From Octopus vulgaris (lineage: Eukaryota): a stretch of DNA of 64,000 nt. Shown here piece by piece: positions 26,369 to 39,068 of the stretch. The translations under genes were made by a program, and so were the position numbers. The stretch is from assembly GCA_951406725.2 (NCBI GenBank), contig OX597830.1:16616001-16680000 (forward strand), read 5' to 3'. Below the pieces are notes generated by a model. It was not told where the DNA came from. It saw only the letters and a list, made by a program, of their open reading frames with translations, and ran no database searches. How positions within the stretch are numbered: the first letter of the stretch is position 1; every line of letters starts with the position of its first letter.

Positions 26369-27607
26369 TTGTGTCGGCAACTAAGTTACCGCTGTTTTTT
26401 TTAAATTTTGGAATTTATTGCGTTTTTAAATTTTGGAATCTATTTCTTTTGAGAATTCTATTTTTGAATCATTTCGGAATCTATTTTGTTTTTTTCTTTC
26501 AAGCTAATTTTTGCTAATTTTTGTTTATTTTCAGATCATTAAAATGGAATGTCAAGTTAAGAAAATGAGCATTTTCGACACCGCCTTCTTTTTGCTTTTA
26601 ATCAAGGTTCTAAGGCCGCAAAAGCTGCTCACGACATTTGTGCTGTGTATGGAGAGGGTCCTTAGCTGAAAGAACCACTCGTGAATCGTATGCCAAGTTC
26701 AAAAATGGAAATTTTGATCTCAAAGACGCACCTTGTTCTGGCCATCCAGTTGAGTTCAATGAAGAGCAATTAAACCAACTTTTACACGAAAATTCTCGTC
26801 AAACGACAAGAGAACTGGCAGAGAAAATGGAATGCTCCCACACTGCTATAGAGAAACATCTTCACTCGATGGGAAAGGTTCAGAAGTATGGAGCATATAC
26901 TATACAAATGCTTTAAGTGACAACAACAAAATTCAATGAGCCACAATCTCTGCTGGTTTGCTTGCTCGTCACCGCTCAACTCTTCTTTACCGAATCATTA
27001 CTGGTGACTAAAAATGGTACCTATACATCAATATGAAGCAGCTTAAGGAATGGCTTAGCCCCGGCAAACAAGTGATGCTGCACATGAAACAAGATCTTCA
27101 GCCATGTAAAACGATGTTGTGCGTATGGTGGGACTGGGAAGGGATTATCCATTACGAATTGCTTGAACGGAACCAAACAGTCAACACAGAACTCTATATT
27201 CAACAGATGGAAAGACTCAACATGGCTATTCAAGAAAAAAGACCTAATCGTCAGCATGGAGTTCTGCTGCATGACAACGCCCACCCTCATATCAGGAATA
27301 TGACCAAGGAAGCCATTCAAATGCATGGCTGGGAAGTGCTGCCACACCCGCTGTACTCTCCTGATTTAGCACCAACGGATTTCCACTTCTTTCGACCTCT
27401 TTCAAATGCTATGCGCAGATTTTCGTTTAATACTGATGCAGAATTGAGAGCTTGGTTGGATCAATTTTTCGAGTTGAAATCAGTTGATTTCTAATAATGA
27501 GGTATTGAAAATCTTGTTGAACGCTGGAAAGAAGTTGTAAGGTTTTATTAAACCTTTTAAAAAATTTAAATTTTAAAAAAATGGCTGGAACTTAGTTGCC
27601 AACCCAA
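26369..27607 (+). mobile_element. Full-length decayed mariner (DD34D) transposon
   Basis: TA-flanked TIRs TTG(T/G)GT(C/T)GGCAACTAAGTT. Transposase from 26544 (MECQV..EHFRH; HDNAHPH; YSPDLAPTDFHFF) with frameshifts and stops. Confidence 0.93.
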
Positions 27608-28439
27608 TACCTTATCAGTGACTGGAGAACGTTTGAGGCTATTTTGCTTCTGTATTTCTTTTGGTTCAACTGTCTTGGGTTCAGTCCCACTGCATGGAAC
27701 ATTGGGCAAGTGTTTTGTACTGTAGCTCTGGGTTGACCGAACCCTTGTGAATGGATTTGGCAGACAGAAACTGGGAGAAGCCTGTTGTATGTACATATGT
27801 ATTTGTTTCTGTGTACCATTATCTTGACATCGTGTGATGGTCGTAAACAAATGTCCCTGTCATACGAGTGATGTTCGTTTCCAGTCCACTGCTCTAACCA
27901 TAAGGCCATGTGCTTCCACATTAGAACAACTTTACTCATAGATCAAAACTAACCTAATGCCAAACAACAACAGCAACACAAAATACAATGGCCATTTAGC
28001 TAACACATGAGTATCCAATGTTGTTATATCGGTTTCAAATTTTGGCACAAGGCCAGCAATTTCGGGAGAGGTGGATAAGTTGATTACACCAACCCCAGAG
28101 CTCAACTGGTACCTAATTTTATTGACTTTGAAATGATGAAAGACAAAGTCAACTTCAGTAGAATTTGAACTCATAATGTAAAGACAGACAGAATGCCACT
28201 AAACATTTTGTCTGGCATGCTAATGATTCTGCCACTTTCTGCCTTATATCAATCACTATTTATAGAGATATTTAATCACATCAGTCGCTAGTTATAAAGA
28301 TATCTAATCATATTGTAACAAGAGGTCAATTAAGAGTTGGGCTTTACCAGTTTAGGAAGTATATTTAGCTGTGTGCATGTAAGAAGCTTTCAAATGTATA
28401 AATACAGACAGTTCTATGTTTAAGAGATAAGGAATTATG

Positions 28440-28584
28440 TATATTATTTACATTTGATGGTTATTTGTCCTCATCTTGTTTGTTGTTAACACAACGTTTT
28501 GGCTGATATACCCTCCAGCTGTCATCAGGTGTCTTGGGGAAATTTTGAACCTGGGTTTTCATTCCTAAGGTATTTTTCGATGCT

Positions 28585-28626
<42 letters not shown>

Positions 28627-28686
28627 CTTCTTCTTCTTCTTCTTCTTCTTCTTCTTCTTCTTCTTCTTCTTCTTCTTCTTCTTCTT

Positions 28687-28759
<73 letters not shown>

Positions 28760-29083
28760 TCACTGCCTGGAATCGAACTTGGAATCTTGGGGTTAGTAGC
28801 CCGCACTCTTAACCACTTTCTCTATATATCCATATAGCCATTAGTTAAGAGCACGGGTTACTAACCTCATGATTCCAAGTTTGATTCCAGACACTGACCT
28901 GAATAATAATAATAATAATGATAATAATAACATTGAAAAAATACCTTAGGAATGAGAACCCAGGTTCGAAATTTCCCCAAGACACCTGATGAAGGCTGGA
29001 GGATATATCAGCCGAAACATTGTGTTAACAACAAACAAGATGAGGACAAATATCCAACAAATGTAAATAATGTAAATAATGTA
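28440..29083. mobile_element. Head-to-head inverted pair of a tRNA-headed, hammerhead-containing non-coding element
   Basis: Each arm: tRNA-like head (AGTGGTTAAGAG...GGGCTACTAACCC...GTTCGATTCC), trinucleotide microsatellite, HHR (28488-28533 minus; 28981-29026 plus), AT-rich tail. Confidence 0.8.
28981..29026 (+). ncRNA. Minimal type-I hammerhead ribozyme motif
   Basis: GACAC-CTGATGA-A-GGCTG-gaggatatat-CAGCC-GAAA-CA-TT-GTGTT. The sister arm has ACGT in helix III but G12>A. Confidence 0.75.
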
Positions 29084-30754
29084 TATATACATGTTCTACG
29101 TAAAGGTAACGATAAATATCAGAGGGCAATGTTTTTGGTTAACAGACATGATTTATTCCTAACTCACACATGAAGCAGCTGGCACAACAGAGATAAGCAT
29201 ACAAGACAACAGGGTGTAGGAGAATGAGTTAATTCTTTAATACATATCAAGGTTGTTAGCTCTGGTTCTTGGCTGCAAATCTAAAATATCCAATGAATTT
29301 TGATGTGGAAGTGAGGCGAGGTAGAAATCTCATAGCGTGTCGGACTAGATGAGCCACAAGCTTGTCGATAGATTAGTGTCTACATCTGAATGGGATAGAG
29401 CAAAGGAGCTACAAAAAGGAACCAGGTGTTAACATTCCAACCTTTGGACAGAGACTGAATAAACACTCTTGAAAAGTGCACATTGTTACTTGGGGCGGAA
29501 GTCATCAAGAGTGAAGGAACGCAGCACCAGTGTGCTGCTACACTGGGGTGAAGTTATTCGACTGGACTGCTATACTCTTTACTCTTTTACTCTTTTACTT
29601 GTTTCAGTCATTTGACTGCGGCCATGCTGGAGCACCGCCTTTAGTCGAGCAAATCGACCCCAGGACTTATTCTTTGTAAGCCCAGTACTTATTCTATCAG
29701 TCTCTTTTGCTGAATCGCTAAGTGACAGGGACGTAAACACACCAGCATCGGTTGTCAAGCAAGGCTAGGGGGACAAACACACACACATACACACACATAT
29801 ATATATATATACATATATATGACAGGCTTCTTTCAGTTTCCGTCTACCAAATCCACTCACAAGGCTTTGGTCGGCCCGGGGCTATAGCAGAAGACACTTG
29901 CCCAAGATGCCATGCAGTGGTACTGAACCCGGAACCATGTGGTTGGTTAGCAAGCTACTTACCACACAGCCACTCCTGCGCCTATGCTGCAATACCATTT
30001 TCAAATTTCGGCGGAAGGCCAGCAATTTTGAGGGAGGTGAGTAAATCAATTACACCAACCCCAGTGCTCAACTGGTACTTATTTTATCAAACCCGGAAGA
30101 ATGAAAGAATTTGAACTAAGAATGTCAAGACAAACAATGCTGCTAAATATTTTGCTTGGCATATTACTGATTCCGCCAGCTTGTCACCTTCCCTATTCTC
30201 CTTATATCAATCACTATGTATCAATAATAATCACATCACTCACTCTTTTACTCTTTTGACTGCAGCCATGCTGGAGCACCACCTTTAGTTGAGCACATCG
30301 ACCCTAGGACTTATACTTTGTAAGCCTAGTACTTATTCTATCCGACTCTTTTGCTGAAAGATGCTGGTGTGTTTATGGGGACGTAAGCACACCAGCATCG
30401 GTTGTCAAGTGATGACGGGGTGAAGGTGGGGGGCACACACACAAACACACAAATACACACACACACACACATACACACACACACATACAATGGGCTTCTT
30501 TCAGTTTCCACCTACCAAATCCACTCAGAAGGCTTTGGTCAGCCCAAGGCTATAGTAGAAGACACTTGCCCAAGGTGCCATGCAGTGGGACTGAACCTGG
30601 AACCATGTGGTTGGTAAGCAAGCTACTAACCACACAGCCACTCCTAATCATAATGATCACTGTTAACAAAATCAATTTAGTCCTACTGACTAAGATATCT
30701 AAATTTATTAACAATAAATTCATGGTACAAATTCCATCGTAGGCATAATGGTAT

Positions 30755-31070
30755 CTTCTTCTAACCGCTCAGTCGAAGTCGACTCTCAGTCACTCGTTGG
30801 ATCAGTGTCCTCCTGTCAGTTCTATCCTGGGCCGCTTCTTTCAGACTGGCTATGTCCATTCTGGTATTACTCTTGATGGTGTCAAGCCAGCGGGTTCTTG
30901 GTCAGCCTTTTCCTCTCTTGCCACTGACCGTTCCGAGCATGATGTCCTTCTCCAGGGATTTTCTCCGCATAATATGACCGAAATATGCCAATCTATGCTT
31001 GGTGATCCTAGCTTCTAGCGACATTTTCGGCCTGATCTGCTTAAGAACTTCTCCATTGGTGAGCCTCGCT
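30755..31070 (-). mobile_element. RTE (BovB-like) LINE 3' end
   Basis: LTNGEVLKQIRPKMSLEARITKHRLAYFGHIMRRKSLEKDIMLGTVSGKRGKG*PRTRWLDTIK...; (GAA)n tail. Confidence 0.85.
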
Positions 31071-31615
31071 AACAGTATAGTAATCTGTTATTGTTTAGTT
31101 TCAGGACATCGAAAAAGAAGAAGACCCATGACCAAAGACATTTCAAGCATGACCATCCTGTATTCTATTTTTCTGACCAACCCTTTTTTTTTTCAATTAT
31201 CAACCACATATACTCAACATATATGCTTTGTGTGTTTGCTGGTAGGCTGCGATTTGGCATGGTGGAAATTACTCTCTTCTAACCTGTCCATGACTTTCAG
31301 GTGTTTTAATGGCTGGCGCTTTGAGAGAGTATTCTCCACCATGCCAAGCCGCAGCCTACGGACAAATACAGTAAACACTTACATTAAATATATGTGGTTA
31401 CTCTTTTACTTGTTTCAATCATTTGACTGTGGCCATGCTGGAGCACCGCCTTTAGTCAAGCAAATCGACCCCAGTACTTATTCTTTGTAAGAATAGTACT
31501 TATTTTATCGGTCTCTTTTGCCGAACCGCTAAATTACGGTGACGTAAACACACCAGTATCAGTTGTCAAGTGATGTTGGGGGGATAAACACAGACATATA
31601 CATACATACATATAT

Positions 31616-31664
<49 letters not shown>

Positions 31665-32388
31665 TACGACAGGCTTCTTTCAGTTTCCGTCTACCAAATC
31701 CACACACAAGGCTTTGGTCAGCCGGAGGCTATAGTGGAAGACACTTGCCCAAGGTGCCATGCAGTGGGACTGAACCCGGAACCATGTGATTGGTAAGCAA
31801 GCTACTTACCACACAGCCACTCCTACGCCTATACATTAATTAGCACTGCTTCTATTCCATATTTGAATATTTTTTAGTTGTCGAAGACAGTGAAATATTT
31901 TTCGAGGAAAATTTAACTGTTGTTTCTAGCATATCAGGTGATCAAGTTGAAGCTTCCTTGTTGGCTCGTAATCAAATGATGGAAGCACATGTTTTTTTCC
32001 AGTTTGGTATGTAACTTAATTTATCATTAATTAACTGGAAACCAGTGCAAATTCAACATGAAATAACTAAGCACCAGGAAACAATACTTATTGCAATTAC
32101 ATGTAATGTTAGGAAATATTTAAATTTACAACTGAACAGCAGCAACAAGGTCAGCAACAACAAGAACAGGAAGAATAATAATCTGTTTTATGCAATGGTT
32201 ATTAAAGATAACTATCGTATAGAGTTATTTTACTGTAAATAATTTAATTTCTCTGTTGTGCTTGCCTAGGAAGTGATTTGATCTGAGATGATCATGTGTT
32301 GGAAATGAAACAATTACCTTGTGGAAGAGAAATTTTTGGTTCTCTAAAAATACAAAACAAAAAAAAAACCCCAAAAAAACCCTGTTAA

Positions 32389-32607
32389 CCCTTTAGTGTT
32401 CAGATTATCCTATCAAACATAATGCTTATTGATTCCCATTGATTTGAATTAATCATGCATTATCTCATATCTTCAAGATCTTGATGGTGTAATTACTTAA
32501 TGTAGAATAACATTGTAGGGTAGGTGTGAGGGCCTGGATCTGGTCAGTTTGAACATAAAGCAGATTAAATATTTTGACCGGATATGGCCAGTTTAAATAC
32601 TAAAGGG
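32389..32607 (+). mobile_element. TTAA-flanked piggyBac-like MITE
   Basis: TTAA-CCCTTTAGT...ACTAAAGGG-TTAA. Confidence 0.8.
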
Positions 32608-34169
32608 TTAAATTCACTTTTCATTCATATCTTGAATGAAATGCAGATGTGGCTGTGTGGTAAGAAGCTTGCTTCCCAACCACACAGTTCCAGGTTCAGT
32701 CCCATTGTGAGGTATTAAATCTTGAGGTGTTCAGTTTTCATTGCATCACTACAGCATGATTAGTGACAGAATTTTATTGCATTTTCATTAAGGCAGCAAG
32801 CTGGCAGAATAGTTAGCATACCGGGCGAAATGCTTAGCAGTATTTCGTCTGCCGTTACGTTCTGGGTTCAAATTCCACCAAGGTTGACTTTGCCTTTCAT
32901 CCTTTCGGGGTCGATTAAATAAGTACCAGTTACGTACTGGGAACGATGTAAACGACTTAATCCCTTTGTCTGTCCTTGTTTATCCTCTCAGTGTTTAGCC
33001 CCTTGTGGGTAGTAAAGAAATAGGTATTTCGTCTGCCGTTACGTGCTGAGTTCAAATTCTGCCAAGATCAACTTTGCCTTTCGTCCATTCGGGGTCGATA
33101 AATTAAGTACCAGTAACGCACTGGGATTGATGTAATCCCTGTGACTTTATCACAGACACATTTCCACTGCATTTCATTGTCCAGTTTTATAAAATGGTTA
33201 TGAAAGATTATCATCATGCAGAGTGAATTGACTGTAAACAGGAAGTAATTTCATCTGAGATGGTCATGTGTTGGAAATGAAACAATTACCTTGTGAGCTG
33301 GCAGAAACATTAGCACGCCGGGTGAGGTGCGTTGTGGTATTTCGCCTGCCGTTACATTCTGAGTTCAAATTCTGCTGAGGTCAACTTTGCCTTTCATCGT
33401 TTTAGAGTCGATTAAATAAGTACCAGTTATGCACTGGGGTCGATGTTATCAACTTAATCCCTTCATCCGTCCTTGTTTGCCCCCTCTATGTTTTGCCCCC
33501 TGTGGGCAATAAAGAAATAGGTATTTCGTCTGCCATTACATTCTGAGTTCAAATTTTGCTGAGGTCGACTTTGCTTTTCATCCTTTCGGAGTTGATTAAA
33601 TAAGTACCAGTTATGCACTGGGGTCGATGTTATCAACTTAATCCCTTCATCCGTCCTTGTTTGCCCCCTCTATGTTTAGCCCCCTGTGTGCAATAAAGAA
33701 ATAAATTACCTTTTGGGATAGAAATTTTTGGTTCTCTAAAGATACACACAAAAACTGTTAAATTCGCTTTTCATTCACTTGTTGAAGATCAGTGTGACTT
33801 GGTCATTGGCACAGTTCCACAGAATTTCATTGCACCACTGGGATCTGGTCTTGTCCCTCAGTGAAGAACAGATTGCATGACGCTTGTGTTAGAACTGCAA
33901 TGTTGCCATGGTAATGAGACATTGGCCTCGATTATAGAAGACATGTCTTTTATCGTCCATCTTTTATTTGTTTCAGTCATTAGTGTGTGGCCATGCTGGG
34001 GCACCGGCTTGATGAATTTTTAGTCAAATGAACTGACCCCAGTAGTTATTTATTTTTTAAAAACTTGGAACGTATTTTATTGGTCTTTTTTACCAAACAG
34101 CTAAGTTATGGGGATGTAAACACACACAAGCACCAGTTGTCAAGAAGTGATAGGGAACAAACACAGACA

Positions 34170-34214
<45 letters not shown>

Positions 34215-35119
34215 ACATGCACACACTCACACACACATACACACACACTCACACATATACGTACACATACACACACAGAGGTTCTCTGAGTGGTTGAGAT
34301 AGTTACTGTTCATCTTGATCTTGTTGGTTTCTGGATATTAAACTATTCATATTTGGAGAGTGGCCTATGTGTTATAAAAGTGTATGTTGCTATTATCCAA
34401 TGATGTACATGGGTTTCAACATTACTCATGAGATGGATATTGTCTGTCAAGATGGAACAGTCATGAGCTGGCAGAAACGTTAGCACACTGGGCGAAATAC
34501 TTAGTGGTATTTCGTCTGCCATTACGTTCTGAGTTCAAATTCCGCCAAGCTCGGCTTTGCCTTTCATCCTTTCGGGGTCGATTAAATAAGTACCAGTTAC
34601 ACACTGGGGTCGACTTAATCCATTTGTCTGTCCTTGTTTGTCCCCTCTATGTTTAGCCCCTTGTGGGCAATAAAGAAATAAGATGGAACAGTCATCATGT
34701 AGGAGTCAGAATACCTTTTGGAATTTGTTCCAACTCTGCTCTCTGAGTTCAAATTCTTCAGAGGCCAATTTGATTTTTCCTCTTTTTGTTGGGATTAATA
34801 AATAAAGAGCAAGTCCAGGGAAGAGAAGTGAAAGAATTGTTGAAGCATCAAAGAAGGTGCTTTATGGTTTCTGTTCTGGTTGTCATCATTGTGAAGGTAA
34901 CACCTGTGATGTAATTAGTTCCAAGCTTTTCTTCTGGAAAGCATCTGTGGTATGGAGAGGAGATACTTGCATATAAAATCTGTATCAGTCAAGGTTAGCT
35001 CTGCATCTGCACATGTAGTGTGCATAGGCCTGGGCATGGGTATTTTGAGGAAGATAAACAATTATCCATGCATGCAAGCTTCTCCTCTTTGTACTATTGA
35101 TATTTATCTGAAGGAAAGG

Positions 35120-35570
35120 AGCCGGCATGGGTGTGTGGAGAGAATTTTGCTTTCCAACCACATAGTTTCTGGTTCAGTCCCACTGTGTGGCATCTTGGGC
35201 AAATGTCTCCTACAATTGCTTCAGGCCTTCCAAAGCTTTGTGAGTGGATTTGGTAGATGGAAACTGAAAGAAACCACTTGTGTGTGTGTGTGTGTGTGCG
35301 CACGTGCATGCATGCGTGCTTGCATGCATGTGTGGATGTGCATGTTACTGTTTATTTTCCTTGATGCCATGTGATAGTTGTCCATGAATTCACCATCATG
35401 CAAGTGGTATCCTTCATTTCCAATGTTCAGTGAAAACCTGTCTTGTCATGGAGGAAATGTTGCCTTACTTGAAAATAGGTGAGGGTTGGCAACAGTAAAG
35501 GCATCCAGTCATAGGAAGTCTGCTTCAACAAATTCTGTCCAACCCATGCAAGCATGGAATACAATGATTT
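35120..35570 (+). mobile_element. Chimeric SINE: type-B head/CORE joined to a type-C-like tail
   Basis: GGTTCAGTCCCACTG...TTGGGCAAATGTC head, then GAGGGTTGGCAACAGTAAAGGCATCCAG...GTCCAACCCATGCAAGCATGGAA. Confidence 0.7.
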
Positions 35571-38102
35571 GAAGGGCACCAATTTGGGCTGATGCATACA
35601 GTTTGGCACCAATGTTGTTGCATGTCAATGTCAGAACATAAAGACCAGGAACTTATGTTGCAAGGTGTCTTGCTTTACCCTCTGACAATTTTGTTTTATC
35701 ACCGTGACTTGGTCACCGACACAGTTCTACTCACAAGGCATTAGTCAACCTGAGGATATAGTAGATTTAAAAAAAAGAGTACTGATCCAAGGCAATGGAT
35801 TTGTGGAATAGTGTGTATATATTGCTGGTGTGTATCATCATCATCATCATCATCATCGTTTAACGTCCACTTTCTATGCTAGCATGAGTTGGACGATTTG
35901 ACTGAGGACTGGCGAACTAGATGGCTGCACCAGGCTCCAATCTTGATCTGGCAGAGTTTCTACAGCCGGATGCCCTTTCTAATGCCAACCACTCCGAAAG
36001 TTTAGTGGGTGCTTTTATGTGCCACTGGCATGAGGGCCAGTCAGATGGTTTTTTTAATTTTCTCTACAGATAGATAAAGGCCTGACTGTTCAGGTAAGAA
36101 GTTTACTTCATAACTACACTGTTTGGGGTTTAATCACATGGCAAGGAACCTTGAGCAAATGTCTTCTACTATGGCATCAGGCCAACAAAGTGGAAGGTAA
36201 CTGCAGCAACGCATTGTGCAGTGCAGAGAGCAAGATGAAACAAGTATGACATCCTGGTCATCCACTGCATCCATCTTCATCCTCAGTTATTTTGACCTGG
36301 TCTCATCACTGGATTGAAGATAGTCACAGCTGAGAGGGTGAGGTCAACAGTGTGCAATTCTCCTTTGTTTTAAACACTAGTCATCAGTCATCCTTAAAGA
36401 TGACTTAAAAAACCCCAACAAAATGATGGCCCTTGTCTCTTATGGATGAACTTGACTTTCTGTTTATATGTCCTTTGGATCTGATTACAATTTTGATACC
36501 CATTTACTTTTTCCTCAGATTCCATCTTATATTTCATCATCATCATCATCATCATCATCATTATCATCATCATCATCGTCGTTTAACATCCGCTTTCCAT
36601 GCTAGCATGGATTGGACGATTTGGCTGAGGACTGGCGAACCAGATGGCTGCACCAGACTCCAGTCTGATCTGGCAGAGTTTTTACAGCTGGCTGCCCTTC
36701 CTAACGCCAACCACTCCGACAGTGTAGTGGGTGCTTTTACGTGCCACGGGCACGAGGGCCAGTCAGGTGGTACTGGCAACGGCCACGCTCAAATGGTGCT
36801 TTTTATGTGCCACCTGCACAAGAGCCAGTCCAGCGGCACTGGCAACGACCTCGCTCAAATGTTTTTTCATGTGCCACCAGCACAAGTGCCAGTAAGGCGA
36901 CACAGGTAATGATCGCTATCATTTGGTACTAATCTGTAATGCCATCTCCTATATATATATATATTGTTGTGAAAGATTTTTTAGAGATATTCTTGGATAA
37001 TCCAAATATTTTTTAAATAGTTCCTAAGCTTCCTATTTCTGTTCATATCCTTCACAATCTTTCACGAAGACTATTTCTTAAGACTCTATTTCAGAACGGT
37101 TTCTCGTCTAACAAAAATACAAAAGAAGTAGAACACGATGTATAAAATAACAGGCAAATAGATTCTTAAAAAAAACACCTCATCTTAAGAATTTCATCAA
37201 TTCCCAATGAGAAGCCATTCACATAAGATATTTACAAAGCGAGGAACAAGTTAACAAAGTAACAAGTCTTTTCAGACAATACAAAGAAGAATCGGTTACT
37301 AAGGAAGGTTGCTGAGCTGAAAGTGAAGACAATCAGTTAAGTCTCAAAATAGTCTTGATAAATATTGGAAAAGATTAAATTTGAATATTGTTGTAGTTTG
37401 TATGAGTTATGTTTGCAATTGATTTAATATATACATCATCGGTGGCCATTGAAAACTGGTGGCCTTGGCATACTGAATTGGTGGCCATTGAATATTTCCC
37501 CTTTTTTTGGTAGTTAAAAGTAGCAAGGTTTGTCATAAGAGGTAAACCAATAACCAAGTAGCAATATATATTACAAGAGAAAGAGAGAGAGAGACGGGAG
37601 AAAGTCTGTGTGTGAGTGACTAGGAGTGAGAGACACATAAAGAGTATCCAAAATCAGGCTGTGGAGGTACAGTGTATGTTGCATTAGGGAGCATATCAAT
37701 AACAATGTTGATATGTAAGTGTTAGTTGTAGAAGAGTATCAGAGACCAGGTTGTAATTGTACAATATCTCTTATAAGGGAATGACCAGGCTGAAGATATG
37801 AGAAGTATCAATGACCAGGATGTATATATATATATACAATATCCTTTACATGAGGAGTATCAGTGTGAGAGTATTATATGCATACAGGTCATAGATCTTT
37901 TCTTTTATCTCTTACTTGTTTCAGTCATTAGACTGCGACCATGCTGGAGCACTGCCTTCCTTTTTTTTTTTTTTAGTCGAATAAATAGACCCCAATACTT
38001 ATTTTTGTTAAGCTTGGTACTTTCACTGATCTGTTTTACCGAACTGCTAAGTTATGGGGACGTAAACACACCAACACTGGTTGTCAAGTGGTGGCGGGGG
38101 AT

Positions 38103-38144
<42 letters not shown>

Positions 38145-38559
38145 TTTATCTTACTTGTTTCAGTCATTTTATTGTGGCCATGAGTTACTTGGTGACTTCA
38201 TTGGTGTAGATGCCACACCCATGCGGAGTGTTCAGACTAAATTTGATGGCTTTTTAGGTTCCCTTTTTTTCAGGGACAGCTTGATGTATTGATGAACAGT
38301 CAATGGCATTGAGGAGCATAAAGGTTAAAGTTGTAGCTGAGAAAAAGTTAGCCACCTGAATATTGAATAAGAGTTACCTGTATGATGATGATTTGCATCA
38401 GGTATCAAAATGCTAACATCATCACAACTGCTCTATGCTCTGTGAACACTGTAAGATGTGATATGGACATTATGTGAACCAAGTTCCCTCAAATTGAGGT
38501 GGTCTTTGGTGCCTCCAGTGAGGGGGACAGCATGCCATCCCAGATCTTTGAACAGGATC

Positions 38560-38800
38560 TCAGGCTTAATTCAGACACCCTATGATCAAACCCTGGCTGA
38601 AGGGTATTGGTGCTGGGAGGTCATATGTGTGGCAGCAGGATATGGCTCTTTGCCATAACCCCCAGAAAGAGTCACAAGTGGTTGTTGGGAAATTTTTACA
38701 TCTTCATTAATTGCAATTTCTGGCCTCCTAATTTCTCCTGATTATAATCCCTTTGGATTATGGAATGCATGCACCATGTTCTGGAGCCACTTTGAGGCAA
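38560..38800 (+). mobile_element. maT/DD37D-type transposase fragment
   Basis: IKPWLKGIGAGRSYVWQQDMALCH...NFWPPN(S)PDYNPLDY with frameshifts. Confidence 0.7.
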
Positions 38801-38977
38801 TGGTGGAATATATATATATATATGTATATATGTGTATATATATATATAATTTCAATAGAGAGCAAATAATTTATGAGAAAAACATATATGTATATATACG
38901 AGAAAAAATATATATGTATATATATATATATATATACATGTGTGTGTGTGTGTGTGTGAGTGTGTGTGTGTGCATGC

Positions 38978-39039
<62 letters not shown>

Positions 39040-39068
39040 GTGTATGTGTGTGTGCATATACACATACA

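Noticed and set aside
28756-28817. Functional tRNA gene
   Set aside because: No complete acceptor stem and embedded in a repeat; treated as a tRNA-derived head.
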